Notes: generated from the letters alone by a model not told the origin. 61,993 nucleotides of DNA from Sulfurimonas sp. (GCA_027068455.1 JAMOSN010000024.1:1-61993), one strand, 5' to 3'. Counted from the first letter of the stretch, positions 1 to 10,832 are shown. Numbers and translations: made by a program.

Positions 1-2557
1 AAAGCGAATATCCTATGTTTTTGATATGCCCACTCTGCGCATCACCTACCAAATTCCCACCACCACGAATCTCTAAGTCATGATGTGCAAGGACGCTTCC
101 ACTTCCCAAAAAGGAGTTTGACTCTAGGGCTAGAAGCCGTTTTTTGGCTTCATCGGTGAGGTTGTTTTTATTTTGGACTATGAAGTAGGCAAACCCCTCA
201 TACGCTCCACGTCCCACACGCCCACGCAACTGGTGTAAGTCGGCTATACCGAATCTATCTGCTCCATCAACGATGATGGTATTAACGCGCGGCATATGGA
301 TACCACTCTCGATGATGCTAGTAGCCATCATCATATCGTACTCACCCGCTTCAAACTTTAAAAGCTCTTTTTCAGTTTGCACGGCTGAGATTTTGGAGTG
401 CAACATTAAAACACGCAACTCAGGCAAGAGTGCTTTAATCTCTCCCATTTTGATAGGCATATGGTCGATGGAGTTATGCACATAAAACACCTGTCCACCA
501 CGACGAAGCTCTCGTAAAATCACCTCTTTGATAAGTTTCTCATCATACTCTTTGACAAAGGTTCTCACCCCTTGACGCTCACTTGGCGGGGTGAGAAGTT
601 GGCTCATCGTTTTGATAGAGCTTAGTGCTTGATTGAGACTTCTTGGAATAGGAGTTGCACTCATAGAGAGCAGATGCACATTATGATAAAGCTCTTTTAT
701 CTTCTCTTTTTGCTTCACACCAAATTTATGCTCTTCATCGATAATGACGATACCGAGCTTCTTAAATGTCAGCCCAAAGAGGGTATGTGTCCCCACCACA
801 CAATCTATCTCACCACTTGCCAAACCTTTGATGATAGCATTTTTCTCTTTTGTTGTGACAAATCTGTCTAGTTTTGCATAACGAAGTCCCAGATCTTTGA
901 AACGCTCATCAACACTACGCCAGTGTTGTGCCGAGAGGAGGGTGGTTGGGACGATGAACGCTGATTGATAGCCTGATTTATAAGCGGCATAGATGGCATT
1001 GAGTGCTATTTCTGTTTTTCCAAACCCTACATCGCCACTTAAAAGCCTGTCCATAATGTGACCACTTGATATTTCGGTTAAAATCTCATCAACTGCTTGC
1101 GTTTGATCCTCTGTGTATTCAAATCCTGCGAGGGCTTGAAACTCTTTGAGCTCTTTTTTTGTGAGGGAGATTTTAGGTGCTTGGATAAGTGCACGAGCTG
1201 CAGCGGTATTGACGATTTGACCTGCAATCTCTAAGAGGCGTTTACGCACTTTGGCTTTGAGTTTGCCAAAGCTTCCTTTGCCGAGTCTATCAAGAACAGG
1301 AACACTTCCGCCACTTGCGATGTAGCGGTCGATAAAGTCAAGATTTTCAACAGGAAGAAGAATCTTGTCATCCCCTACATATTTGATAACAAGAAAATCT
1401 TTCACTCCTCCTAGGATTTCAGCCTGTTCTATCTTTTCAAATATCCCAACTCCATAATCCTCATGCACCACATAATCCCCAGCTTTAAGGTCATCTAAAA
1501 GGATGGAGCTTTTTCTGCGGCGACGTTTTTTACTTGGTTTGTTGAGTGAGATAACAAGTTCATCGGGGGTGAGGATATTTAAGATATACCCATCCTCTAT
1601 GATGGTATAGTTTTGAGTATCGTAGATGCCTGCTTGTTTGAGGACTGCCTTGTTTGCTGCGATGATGGTTGTTTTTTTATCTTTATGAACACGCAAGAGT
1701 GTTTCTACATTGGCAACCACCAACTCTTTTATGTTTTCATTCTCTTCTAAAACATCAAGCTCAAAATCTTCCCTTGGGATTTGAGGATTATTGATACCAA
1801 AGGCATCTTTGAGAAGATCTTCCATCGGATGGATATAGTTGGCAGTTTTGTTTGTTAAAAAGTTCTCTGCCAAATCATCGAGGTGCCAAAAACCCAAAGA
1901 GGCGATATCACGGGAGAGTGCATCAAATTCACTTTGCTCTATCTTTTCATTGAGGGTGTAAAACTGCCCCTCATCAAGGGCAAAAAAAGCACTCTCTATG
2001 GTGATGGACTCTATCTCATCCCCTACGGTGCGTTGCGATTCAAGCTCAAACGCTTTTATCTGCTCTATCTCATTGTCAAAAAGGGAGATACGGTAGGGCT
2101 TTTTGTGTGAGGGGATAAAAATATCTATGATGTCTCCACGATGGGAAATTTCCCCCTCAACCTGTACCATATCAACAAAAGTATAGCCCCAATGAAGCAT
2201 CTGTTCTTTAAAAGCTTTTAACTCTATTTGCGTACCAAATTCTAAAGTATGCTCCCCTAGCAGCTCTTTTTTAGGGAGAGGAAAAAGGAGTGTTTTTAGT
2301 GGTGAGATAACAAGAGGCTTTCTTTTTGCTTGATGGTAGAGGCGTAAAGCATGCAGGAGTTGATGGAGTTCTTCTTTAAAGGTACGAAGGTCATCTCCAA
2401 AAGCTGGACGAAAGTCTGGAAAAAGGATCACATCCTGTTTGAAAAACTTAGCGACTCCTTGGAGCTCAAGAGTCTCTTTGGTGTCTTCACAAATGAGAAT
2501 ATCTAACTTTTGTGAAGAGCTGTTTTTAAAGTGATTGTAGAGAATATGTTGTGACAT
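1..2557 (-). CDS. mfd: Transcription-repair coupling factor (3' end runs off the window)
   Basis: Not in the ORF track. ATG at 2557 reads MSQHILYNHFKN...; CarD-like RID motif (VVHEDYGVG), Walker A GDVGFGKT, DEEH, SATP and QLRGRVGR helicase motifs read from the minus strand. Confidence 0.95.
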   Translation of the reverse strand, partial: MSQHILYNHFKNSSSQKLDILICEDTKETLELQGVAKFFKQDVILFPDFRPAFGDDLRTFKEELHQLLHALRLYHQAKRKPLVISPLKTLLFPLPKKELLGEHTLEFGTQIELKAFKEQMLHWGYTFVDMVQVEGEISHRGDIIDIFIPSHKKPYRISLFDNEIEQIKAFELESQRTVGDEIESITIESAFFALDEGQFYTLNEKIEQSEFDALSRDIASLGFWHLDDLAENFLTNKTANYIHPMEDLLKDAFGINNPQIPREDFELDVLEENENIKELVVANVETLLRVHKDKKTTIIAANKAVLKQAGIYDTQNYTIIEDGYILNILTPDELVISLNKPSKKRRRRKSSILLDDLKAGDYVVHEDYGVGIFEKIEQAEILGGVKDFLVIKYVGDDKILLPVENLDFIDRYIASGGSVPVLDRLGKGSFGKLKAKVRKRLLEIAGQIVNTAAARALIQAPKISLTKKELKEFQALAGFEYTEDQTQAVDEILTEISSGHIMDRLLSGDVGFGKTEIALNAIYAAYKSGYQSAFIVPTTLLSAQHWRSVDERFKDLGLRYAKLDRFVTTKEKNAIIKGLASGEIDCVVGTHTLFGLTFKKLGIVIIDEEHKFGVKQKEKIKELYHNVHLLSMSATPIPRSLNQALSSIKTMSQLLTPPSERQGVRTFVKEYDEKLIKEVILRELRRGGQVFYVHNSIDHMPIKMGEIKALLPELRVLMLHSKISAVQTEKELLKFEAGEYDMMMATSIIESGIHMPRVNTIIVDGADRFGIADLHQLRGRVGRGAYEGFAYFIVQNKNNLTDEAKKRLLALESNSFLGSGSVLAHHDLEIRGGGNLVGDAQSGHIKNIGYSL

Positions 2558-2572
2558 TAGTTTCCTATGATG

Positions 2573-2971
2573 TTACGATTTTTTTTCAAGTGCTTTTGGT
2601 GGTTCATTATGCTCTTTGATAATGGAGTTTCCTTCAAAGATACCTTTTGACTCGATGATAAGTTCAGCAGAACTGATTTCACCTCGAACGTGACCGTTTG
2701 ATTTGATAATGACAGTGTGTGCATCAATAGTACCTTCAACATATCCTTGTACTGTCAGTTTATGTGTGATTATTGTGCCTTTTACATGACCGTTTGCTCC
2801 AACTTTGATATCTTTGGATGACTGAATCATCCCTTCTATATCCCCATCGATGTAAAGACTGCACTCGAGTGCTACTTCTCCTTTGAACTTTGTTCCTGTT
2901 GTGATGATTGTTGTGTTGGAATTGGTTTTACTATTCTTATTTGAGACAGAGCTGCTATTAAAGATTGCCAT
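2573..2971 (-). CDS. ccmA: Bactofilin / polymer-forming cytoskeletal protein (CcmA-like)
   Basis: Beta-helix pattern (TIITTGTKFKGEV...IDGDIEG...VQGYVEGTI...GIFEG); likely start MAIFN at 2971; follows an M23 peptidase as in the Helicobacter csd1-ccmA locus. Confidence 0.85.
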   Translation of the reverse strand: MAIFNSSSVSNKNSKTNSNTTIITTGTKFKGEVALECSLYIDGDIEGMIQSSKDIKVGANGHVKGTIITHKLTVQGYVEGTIDAHTVIIKSNGHVRGEISSAELIIESKGIFEGNSIIKEHNEPPKALEKKS

Positions 2972-3828
2972 GGTACTTTCTTCTCCTTTGTGAAGATTTG
3001 ATAATAGTTTTTTTGTGTCCATTTTATAAACCAAAATGGATTGAGTGGTCGTTGTAAGAAACGTATCTCATAGTGTAGGTGCGGACCATTACTTAACCCA
3101 GAGTTTCCTGTATATGCTATGAGTTCACCTTTTTTGACAAACTGTCCTGATTTTACCGCAACTTTGTTTAAATGACCGTAATAGGTTTTAAAACCGTATA
3201 TATGTTGCAAGATAACAAGTCTTCCAAAACCACTTTTTTTATGATAACCTGACCACTCTACAATACCATCAGCAGGGGCATAGACTGGTGTATTTATCTT
3301 TGCTTTCATATCAGTGCCTCGATGAAACTCTCTTCGTTTGAGTGTAGGGTGCACTCTATAACCAAATTTACTTGTAATACCATGGTATTCAATAGGGGAA
3401 CCATTTGGTATAAGCTGTAGAGATGTTGCTATTTGTTCTGAAGTTTGCTTTGTTAGATTAATTCGTTTCTCTATAGAAGCATCTTCAATGGGTTTAAGTC
3501 CAATGAGTGCTTCAATCTCACTGAGTGAATCGGAGAGTTCATCAAGCTCTTTTTTCTTTATAAAAAGAAATCTTTTTGTATCTTGCATCTGTTTTTCAAG
3601 AGCAATATTTTTTTGTTTAAGGTCAATGTATGCCTGTTGCATTTGTGCACGTTTTTCTTTCATTGCTTCGATATTGTTCTCAAGATATAAAACAGTACCG
3701 ATAGCAATAATGGTCAATGAGAGTATAAAAGAAAGACCATAGAAAAGAGCTTTTTTTACAAGTTTATGGACATTGAACTGTTTGACACCATTGTCATCAT
3801 GGATGGTTATAGTAAAGTGCTTATCCAT
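2872..3828 (-). CDS. M23 family peptidoglycan endopeptidase (Csd1-like)
   Basis: N-terminal TM, coiled coil, HRGTD and HLHYE zinc motifs. Confidence 0.9.
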   Translation of the reverse strand: MDKHFTITIHDDNGVKQFNVHKLVKKALFYGLSFILSLTIIAIGTVLYLENNIEAMKEKRAQMQQAYIDLKQKNIALEKQMQDTKRFLFIKKKELDELSDSLSEIEALIGLKPIEDASIEKRINLTKQTSEQIATSLQLIPNGSPIEYHGITSKFGYRVHPTLKRREFHRGTDMKAKINTPVYAPADGIVEWSGYHKKSGFGRLVILQHIYGFKTYYGHLNKVAVKSGQFVKKGELIAYTGNSGLSNGPHLHYEIRFLQRPLNPFWFIKWTQKNYYQIFTKEKKVPWQSLIAALSQIRIVKPIPTQQSSQQEQSSKEK

Positions 3829-4966
3829 TATAACTCCTTAAAAAACTCTCCACAACACTAAAAGAACCAAAGACAAGGTAGTTTTTATCTTCTTGAGTCT
3901 CATTGAAAGAGCTATAGGCAATATTGAGCTCTTCTAATGTTGCATGGAGCTTTTGTGGTGTTTCGATTCGATCTTCATTTACATCAATAAGTGTAACATA
4001 GTCTATAATGGGTTGTAAGATCTCTAAGATTGCTTTATAGTTTTTGTCCTTGTAGGTATTGTAGATAAGGATATATTTTCTACCTTGAAGAGTTTTGGTA
4101 ATACTTTGTGCTGCAAGTGTATTATGCCCAACATCTAAAAGTATATTTTTTGTAAATGGTGTTAAACGCCCAAAGAGTTTGCTATCATTAAAGTGCTCAA
4201 GTTTATAAGGGATATTTAGTTTTTTAAGTGTTGCAATACTCAGGGCTAAATTGTCTTGCAAATACTCAGGTAGTTGGAGTTTTACTGCAATAGTTTGAAT
4301 ATTTACTCTATCTTGCGTGTTGAGTTGCGTGTTGTAGTTATAGCAAGTGATGTTTTTTTCTTTTTCAAGTTTACGTGCTACTTTTAGTACTTCTTGATGA
4401 AGTTGCTTACCAATAAGAGCTTCTTTTTGTATAGCATTGAGTTTGGTGGTAGCTATTTGTGTAATAGTATCACCTAAAAAAGCTTCATGGTCTTTATCTA
4501 TTGGTGTTACCAATGTCAGTATATTTTCAAAAACAGCAGTAGCATCATGTTCCCCACCAAGCCCTGCTTCAAGAACAATAAAATCACACTTTTGATACAC
4601 AACTATTGCAAGTAGTGTTGTGTACTCAAAATAGCTTAAAGAGTGAGCCATCTGTGGTGTTAAAAGTGCTAGAAGGTGCTGGTGTGCATCTTCGAGTGTT
4701 TGTGTGTCTATATTTTTACCATTGAGCCAAATACGCTCATTAAACTCTAAGATATGAGGCGAGGTGTAATGCCCTGTATTATAACCCATAGCATAAAGAG
4801 CAGAAGCTAAAAAACGACCAGTTGTCCCTTTGCCGTTAGTGCCTATAATATGGATAATTTTCGGTAGTTTGAGTTGCTCTTTTACACTCTCATAAGCACG
4901 AGGCATACGAGTGTAGTCTATAGTGTCATAATAAAGAGGTTTTGTATCTAAAAAATCACTTAGCAC
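3821..4966 (-). CDS. folC: Folylpolyglutamate synthase / dihydrofolate synthase
   Basis: GTNGKGT, YTSPH, EAGLGG, DVGHN motifs. Confidence 0.93.
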   Translation of the reverse strand: MLSDFLDTKPLYYDTIDYTRMPRAYESVKEQLKLPKIIHIIGTNGKGTTGRFLASALYAMGYNTGHYTSPHILEFNERIWLNGKNIDTQTLEDAHQHLLALLTPQMAHSLSYFEYTTLLAIVVYQKCDFIVLEAGLGGEHDATAVFENILTLVTPIDKDHEAFLGDTITQIATTKLNAIQKEALIGKQLHQEVLKVARKLEKEKNITCYNYNTQLNTQDRVNIQTIAVKLQLPEYLQDNLALSIATLKKLNIPYKLEHFNDSKLFGRLTPFTKNILLDVGHNTLAAQSITKTLQGRKYILIYNTYKDKNYKAILEILQPIIDYVTLIDVNEDRIETPQKLHATLEELNIAYSSFNETQEDKNYLVFGSFSVVESFLRSYNG

Positions 4967-6513
4967 TATTTTTTGTACTCAACTCTATTTCTACCATTTT
5001 TCTTAGCAAGATAGAGATATTCATCTGCAGAATTAATTGTTGCTTCTAATGAGATATGTTGTGCACGTTCGCTCACCCCACAACTCACTGTGACATTAAT
5101 GCGTTTTCCTTTGTAGATAAAACGGGCTTTTTGAACATGCTCTCTTACTTTTTGGGCAAAGATGATGCCACCTTTAAGATCTGTATCACTTAGAAGTGCT
5201 AAAAACTCTTCTCCTCCGAAACGACCAACAATATCCACTTCTCGAGAGTCTTTTTTCAAAATTTTTGCAAATGCTGCAAGAACTGCATCACCCGCTTCAT
5301 GACCATAAGTATCATTAACACTTTTAAATTTATCTAAATCGAACATAACGATAGAGTAGTTTCGTCCATAACGTTTATATTCAGCTTCTTTAACCTTTAA
5401 AAATTCATCTAATGCACGTTTGTTGTAGAGTTTTGTTAAAAAATCCTCTTTAGATTCTTTTTTTGCTTCTTGGAGCTCTTTTTCAAGTTGATGTACTTTT
5501 TGGCTTAGTTCTTTCACTTCGGCATTATGCCCTTTGAGGTCTTTGCTTAGTAGTTGTGTGTTCTCCTCAAGTGCAACGGCTATGGTAAAGAGCTTTTTAT
5601 GTGCAAGGTTAAAGTTGGTAGTTGATGTTTCAGAATAGGATTCTAACTCTTTTTTTATGGTTTGAATCTCTATATTGGAGGTGTCAGATTTTTCTATCAT
5701 ATCGATAAGACGAAGAGAAAGTTTGTCTAAAACTCCATCAATAGAAGCAACCATCTCTTTGAGACTTTTTTTGTCAAGTGTGATACGAAGTGAAATTGCA
5801 GAACGAATCTCTTTTTCTATATCTGGTGTTTCTAAAAGTTCAGGGTTGTTTCTTATCTTTTCACTTATATCAGCAATGGTTTCATTAACACTTGAAGCAA
5901 TTGATGGAACAAAAGAAGCGACAAGAAGTTTTGCGATTTTTTCAAGTTGTGTTTTATCGATGGTTTCAAGTTCTATTTTATTGAGATGAAGATTTTCTAT
6001 CGTTTTTTTCAAATCACTTGTATCAACATCGCCAAGCTGTTTTAGTTTTTGCAAGAATGTATCATCGTACAGGGCAAGAAAATTCATCCAGCGCTGGCGG
6101 TATTCATCTATCTGTTGAGCAGCTGCACCATTTTCCAATATGTCAATAGTATTGAGTGCAAGTTGGGTGGCTTCTTGATTATGTAAAAGTGTTATAGCCT
6201 GTAATACACGTTTTGTAAGGAGAGTTTGTGCTTCTAATATATCACTGCATTGTGTCGGGTTTGTACGGTTAAGTTTGGAGATAAGAAAACGTACTAGTTC
6301 TGATATTGTGGCTATACGATAATTTTTTAAATCTTTTTGTAAATCTTTGTTAAGCATTGCACGAAATTTATCAACATGTTGACAATCTTCAATGTTCATG
6401 TTTGCTTTTGTAGCTTCTTTACAAAAAGCTTCAGTATAAAAATCTGGTGTAAGAAGTTTTCCTTCTCTTTTTAGTCGTTTAATGGTATTGTTAATAATAT
6501 TTTGAATGGTCAT
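4966..6513 (-). CDS. Diguanylate cyclase with long helical N-terminus
   Basis: DFLTKLYN, FDLDKFKSVNDTYGHEAGD, RxxD I-site (REVD) and GGEEF. Confidence 0.9.
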   Translation of the reverse strand: MTIQNIINNTIKRLKREGKLLTPDFYTEAFCKEATKANMNIEDCQHVDKFRAMLNKDLQKDLKNYRIATISELVRFLISKLNRTNPTQCSDILEAQTLLTKRVLQAITLLHNQEATQLALNTIDILENGAAAQQIDEYRQRWMNFLALYDDTFLQKLKQLGDVDTSDLKKTIENLHLNKIELETIDKTQLEKIAKLLVASFVPSIASSVNETIADISEKIRNNPELLETPDIEKEIRSAISLRITLDKKSLKEMVASIDGVLDKLSLRLIDMIEKSDTSNIEIQTIKKELESYSETSTTNFNLAHKKLFTIAVALEENTQLLSKDLKGHNAEVKELSQKVHQLEKELQEAKKESKEDFLTKLYNKRALDEFLKVKEAEYKRYGRNYSIVMFDLDKFKSVNDTYGHEAGDAVLAAFAKILKKDSREVDIVGRFGGEEFLALLSDTDLKGGIIFAQKVREHVQKARFIYKGKRINVTVSCGVSERAQHISLEATINSADEYLYLAKKNGRNRVEYKK

Positions 6514-6521
6514 AATCTCTC

Positions 6522-7034
6522 CTATTTTGCTCTTGAACCTTCAGCTGCTACTTTTGCAATAAATGCCGAGATAGCTTTTGCTGAAGAGTATTTTATCGCT
6601 TCAAAACGCTCTTGATCTGTTAAAACTGCATTGGGAACAACTGAAAAGTCATACGTTCCTTGTGTTGAGTATCTTTTTTGAATATCTTTTGTTTCACGAA
6701 GTATGTTAATACGAGTAGTTGCTCTATAGGCGATAACAAAACCATCTTGATTATACTGAATAGGTGTATAGGTTGGTTCAGAGATACCTAGTGTCAAAAA
6801 AGTAGTTGCGTGTTGTTTGTCGCTAAGAGATGCGTGAAAAACTCCCACTATGGCAACATCTATAGCATCTTTGATGATAACGGTATTTTCAGGATCCTCT
6901 GCTGATATAACAACGCTGGTATAGATTCTCTCCCCTACAACATTACGAGAATATTTTGCACTTGGCTTATAGCCACACCCTACCATTCCAATAAGCATAG
7001 ATGCCAAAAGAAGTGTAGAGAGCAGATATTTCAT
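6522..7034 (-). CDS. lptE: LptE-family LPS-assembly lipoprotein
   Basis: Lipobox MVGC followed by GY; immediately downstream of leuS. Confidence 0.75.
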   Translation of the reverse strand: MKYLLSTLLLASMLIGMVGCGYKPSAKYSRNVVGERIYTSVVISAEDPENTVIIKDAIDVAIVGVFHASLSDKQHATTFLTLGISEPTYTPIQYNQDGFVIAYRATTRINILRETKDIQKRYSTQGTYDFSVVPNAVLTDQERFEAIKYSSAKAISAFIAKVAAEGSRAK

Positions 7035-7038
7035 ATAT

Positions 7039-9492
7039 TTAACCCTTTACAACTAAGTTAACAAGTTTTTTAGGAACAACAATCTCTTTGATTATATCTT
7101 TGTTCTCTATCCATTTGCTAACTTCCTCTTTAGCAGCTGCTATGATATCCTCTTTTGAAGCATCAGCAGCCACTTCAATTTCACCACGTTTTTTCCCATT
7201 GACACTTACACCTAAAGAGATAGAATCTTCTACAAACACCTCTTCAATAATCTCTTGTTTGGTCATGTTTTTAAGGTTGAAGTATTTCTCACTAATCTCC
7301 CAACATGTATGAGGAATAATAGGCTCCATAATGGATGTAAAAATCCAATATGCTTCACTCCATACATCAGCATTGCTTTGTGCATTGAGCGCATTCATCG
7401 CTTCCATCACACCTGCGATGAGTGTGTTAAATGTGTAGCGTTCATTGTAAACATCCTCTGCACGTTTGAGTGCTTCATACACTTTTTTACGAGCAAATTT
7501 TTCCTCTTTAGAAAGCGTTGCGTGTTGTATGAGAGGTTTACTCTCACACGCAACAATATTATCAGCTCTGTCAAAAAATCTTCTGATAAATCTATATGCT
7601 CCCTCTACACCACTGTCTTGCCACTCTAGCTCTTGTGTTGGTGGTGCAGCAAAGAGGATAAACAACCGTGCAGTATCTGCACCGTATTGCTCTATGATAG
7701 CATCAGGATCGACAGTGTTGCCTTTTGATTTTGACATTTTTGCACCATCTTTTAAAACCATCCCTTGTGTTAGGAGATTATCAAACGGTTCATCAAAGTC
7801 TAAGTATCCTAAATCACGAAACACTTTTGTAAAAAAACGTGCATATAAAAGGTGGAGTATTGCGTGTTCGATACCACCGATGTAGTGGTCAACTGACATC
7901 CAGTATTTTATCTGCTCTTTTGAAAATGCTTCTTTTTCCCAGTTTTGTGGTGAAGCACAAAAGCGTAAGAAGTACCAGCTTGATTCTACAAAGGTATCCA
8001 TCGTATCTGTTTCACGAAGTGCATCTTTGCCACACTCAGGACATTTACAATGTTTCCATGTTGGGTGTTTTTCAAGCGGATTGCCTTCCCCCGTGATTTC
8101 TACATCTTCAGGCAGTGCGATAGGGAGGTTCTCTTTTTTCTCCATAACAAGTCCACAATCTTCACAATGGACAAACGGAATAGGTGCACCCCAGTATCGC
8201 TGACGAGAAACACCCCAGTCTTTGAGTTTATAGTTGGTTGTTTTTTTCCCTAAAGATTTTTGCTCAAAATACTCAATGATTTTTGGTTGTGCCTCTTTGG
8301 AGTCAAGCCCGTCAAACTGCTCAGAGTTAAACAATACGCCACTATCAGTAAAAGCTTTGTTCTCTAAATCAAGCTCACCCTCACGAGGTTTGATAACAGC
8401 TTTGATAGGAAGATCATATTTTTTTGCAAACTCATAATCTCTCTCATCATGGGCAGGAACTGCCATGACAGCGCCGCTACCATAATCCATCAGTACAAAG
8501 TTTGCACACCATACAGGGATTTTTTTCTTTGTAAGTGGATGGATAACATTTATGCCAAGCGGCAGACCAGATTTCTCTTTTTGTCTCTCAATTGAAGAGG
8601 CATTTTTCATGGCATTGATTTGTGCAATAACATCATCACTGAGGAGTTTATGTTCTATCATATAGGTGATGATTGCGTGTTCTGGTGCTAAAGCGGTATA
8701 GCTTACTCCATAGATAGTATCAGGGCGCGTTGTAAAAACATCAAAACCATCAAAAGTGTTGTTGAGTTTTGCTTTGGAGTTTTCATCAAAATAGAGATCA
8801 AATGCTAAACCGTTTGATTTTCCTATCCAGTTTTCCTGCATTGTAAGTACTTGCTTTGGCCAGCCGTTTTGAAGTTTTTTCAAATCTTTCAAAAGCTCGT
8901 CAGCATAGGCTGTAATCTTAAAATAGTACTGATTCATCTCTTTTTTAACAATTGGTGTATCACAACGCCAACAACATCCATCTACCACCTGCTCATTTGC
9001 CAAAACAGTCTGGTCATGTGGACACCAGTTAAGCATCCCTTTCTCACGATACAAAAGACCTTTATTGAACATATCGATAATAAATCCCTGTTCAAACTTT
9101 GTGTAAAGCTCATCACTTGTTGCAAGTTCACGTTTACGTGAAAAGGAAAACCCTAAGGAGTAAAACTCATTTTTCATATACTCTATGTTGTCATATGTCC
9201 ATGATTTTGGATGGCTTCCGTTTTTAATAGCGGCATTTTCCGCAGGCATACCAAAACTGTCAAATCCGATAGGGTGAAGTACATTTTTACCTTGTTGTCT
9301 ATGGTAACGTGCAAAAGCATCAGAGATGGAGTAGTTTCTTACATGCCCCATGTGGAGTCGTCCGCTTGGGAAGGGGAACATTGAGAGGATATACTTCTTC
9401 TCTTGTGTAAAATCTTCACTTGGTTCAAAACTTTCATGCTCTTTCCAATAGTTTTGCCATTTTGTTTCTATCTGTTTTGCGTTATATTCCAA
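7039..9492 (-). CDS. leuS: Leucine--tRNA ligase
   Basis: HMGH and KMSKS motifs, 817 aa. Confidence 0.98.
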   Translation of the reverse strand: MEYNAKQIETKWQNYWKEHESFEPSEDFTQEKKYILSMFPFPSGRLHMGHVRNYSISDAFARYHRQQGKNVLHPIGFDSFGMPAENAAIKNGSHPKSWTYDNIEYMKNEFYSLGFSFSRKRELATSDELYTKFEQGFIIDMFNKGLLYREKGMLNWCPHDQTVLANEQVVDGCCWRCDTPIVKKEMNQYYFKITAYADELLKDLKKLQNGWPKQVLTMQENWIGKSNGLAFDLYFDENSKAKLNNTFDGFDVFTTRPDTIYGVSYTALAPEHAIITYMIEHKLLSDDVIAQINAMKNASSIERQKEKSGLPLGINVIHPLTKKKIPVWCANFVLMDYGSGAVMAVPAHDERDYEFAKKYDLPIKAVIKPREGELDLENKAFTDSGVLFNSEQFDGLDSKEAQPKIIEYFEQKSLGKKTTNYKLKDWGVSRQRYWGAPIPFVHCEDCGLVMEKKENLPIALPEDVEITGEGNPLEKHPTWKHCKCPECGKDALRETDTMDTFVESSWYFLRFCASPQNWEKEAFSKEQIKYWMSVDHYIGGIEHAILHLLYARFFTKVFRDLGYLDFDEPFDNLLTQGMVLKDGAKMSKSKGNTVDPDAIIEQYGADTARLFILFAAPPTQELEWQDSGVEGAYRFIRRFFDRADNIVACESKPLIQHATLSKEEKFARKKVYEALKRAEDVYNERYTFNTLIAGVMEAMNALNAQSNADVWSEAYWIFTSIMEPIIPHTCWEISEKYFNLKNMTKQEIIEEVFVEDSISLGVSVNGKKRGEIEVAADASKEDIIAAAKEEVSKWIENKDIIKEIVVPKKLVNLVVKG

Positions 9493-9520
9493 TTCTTCTG
9501 TCCTAAATCAATAAAATTTT

Positions 9521-9859
9521 TTAATACTCTTCGTGTGTTTTTGAGCTTTCTATATAAACAAGCCCCATAGAGAAAACATTTGCTATCAAAGCACCAATAG
9601 CAAGTGCAATTGCCCATGAATCATCATGCACAATAACAAGAAATACAAAAGCTGGGATAAGGTGTAAATCAGCTACAAGTGATGAAGCCAAGAGTTCTGC
9701 TGATAACAGGTTCCTTACTCCGATTTTTAATATAGTAGAGATAAGATTCACACTCGCAGCGACAAATAAAGAAACTGCTGTGTTCTCATATAAAAAACCT
9801 GCTATTGAGGTTAAACTCATTAAAGAAAAGAATACATAAACTACCTTACCCCAATCCAT
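9521..9859 (-). CDS. Small 4-TM membrane protein of unknown function
   Basis: Hydrophobic 112 aa ORF coupled to the secF stop. Confidence 0.8.
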   Translation of the reverse strand: MDWGKVVYVFFSLMSLTSIAGFLYENTAVSLFVAASVNLISTILKIGVRNLLSAELLASSLVADLHLIPAFVFLVIVHDDSWAIALAIGALIANVFSMGLVYIESSKTHEEY

Positions 9860-10830
9860 TACATCACTCCTGATTCAAATTGTGCGCGCATACGCTCTTT
9901 TTCAGCTTCCCGTTTTGCTTTTTCAGCCAGTTTTGCATGGTATTTTTTTACATCAAAACCAAACATAAGCAAGATTGGAGAAGCAACAAAAATCGATGAA
10001 TATGTTCCAACAATGATTCCCACTAAAAGTGTAAATGCAAACGGATGAATAATCTCACCACCAAACATAAAGAGGGTAAAGACCACAAAGAATGTTGTAA
10101 GTGATGTAAGTGTTGTACGTGCCAATGTTCTTGTGATGGATTCGTTGATGATTTCAGCCAAATCAGCACTTTTTGATTTTGTAACACCCTCCCGAATACG
10201 GTCAAAAACGATGATAGTATCATTAAGAGAATACCCTAAAAGTGTGAGTATCGCTGCAAGTACATCAAGGTTGACATCAATGGCAAATAAAGCAACAGCA
10301 CCCATAGCGATGGAAACATCATGGATAAGTGCAACAATGGAAGCAACCGCAAAGCGCCACTCAAATCGAAATGCTACATAAACCAAAATACCAGCAATTG
10401 CAAGAAGTAAAGAGACAAGCCCTTTTTCTTTGAGCTCACTTCCCACTTTTGGTCCGACAATATCTACACGACGTATTTCAAAATTACCAGTACCTTGAAG
10501 TGCTTCACGAGTGACATCGCCAATATCTGTAGTTACATTGCCAGTGGTTGTTTTCATACGAATAACAACTTCTTGTGGTGAACCAAACTCAGAGATACTT
10601 GCCCCATCAAAAAGTTTGTTGTTTTTGAGTTTTGCACGCATCTCATTGATTGGTGCTGCTTTGTCATATTTTACCTGAACAATTGTTCCTCCAGCAAAAT
10701 CAACACCGTAGTTAAGCCCTTTGACTGCCAAAATAGCATAAGAAGCCAAAACAAGTACTATTGAGAAAATCATTGCTACTTTTGATTTGCTCATAAAGTC
10801 AAAGGTACGACTATATTTAAAAAATTCCAT
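9859..10830 (-). CDS. secF: Protein translocase subunit SecF
   Basis: GVDFAGG, GYSLNDTIIVFDRIRE motifs. Confidence 0.97.
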   Translation of the reverse strand: MEFFKYSRTFDFMSKSKVAMIFSIVLVLASYAILAVKGLNYGVDFAGGTIVQVKYDKAAPINEMRAKLKNNKLFDGASISEFGSPQEVVIRMKTTTGNVTTDIGDVTREALQGTGNFEIRRVDIVGPKVGSELKEKGLVSLLLAIAGILVYVAFRFEWRFAVASIVALIHDVSIAMGAVALFAIDVNLDVLAAILTLLGYSLNDTIIVFDRIREGVTKSKSADLAEIINESITRTLARTTLTSLTTFFVVFTLFMFGGEIIHPFAFTLLVGIIVGTYSSIFVASPILLMFGFDVKKYHAKLAEKAKREAEKERMRAQFESGVM

Positions 10831-10832
10831 AA

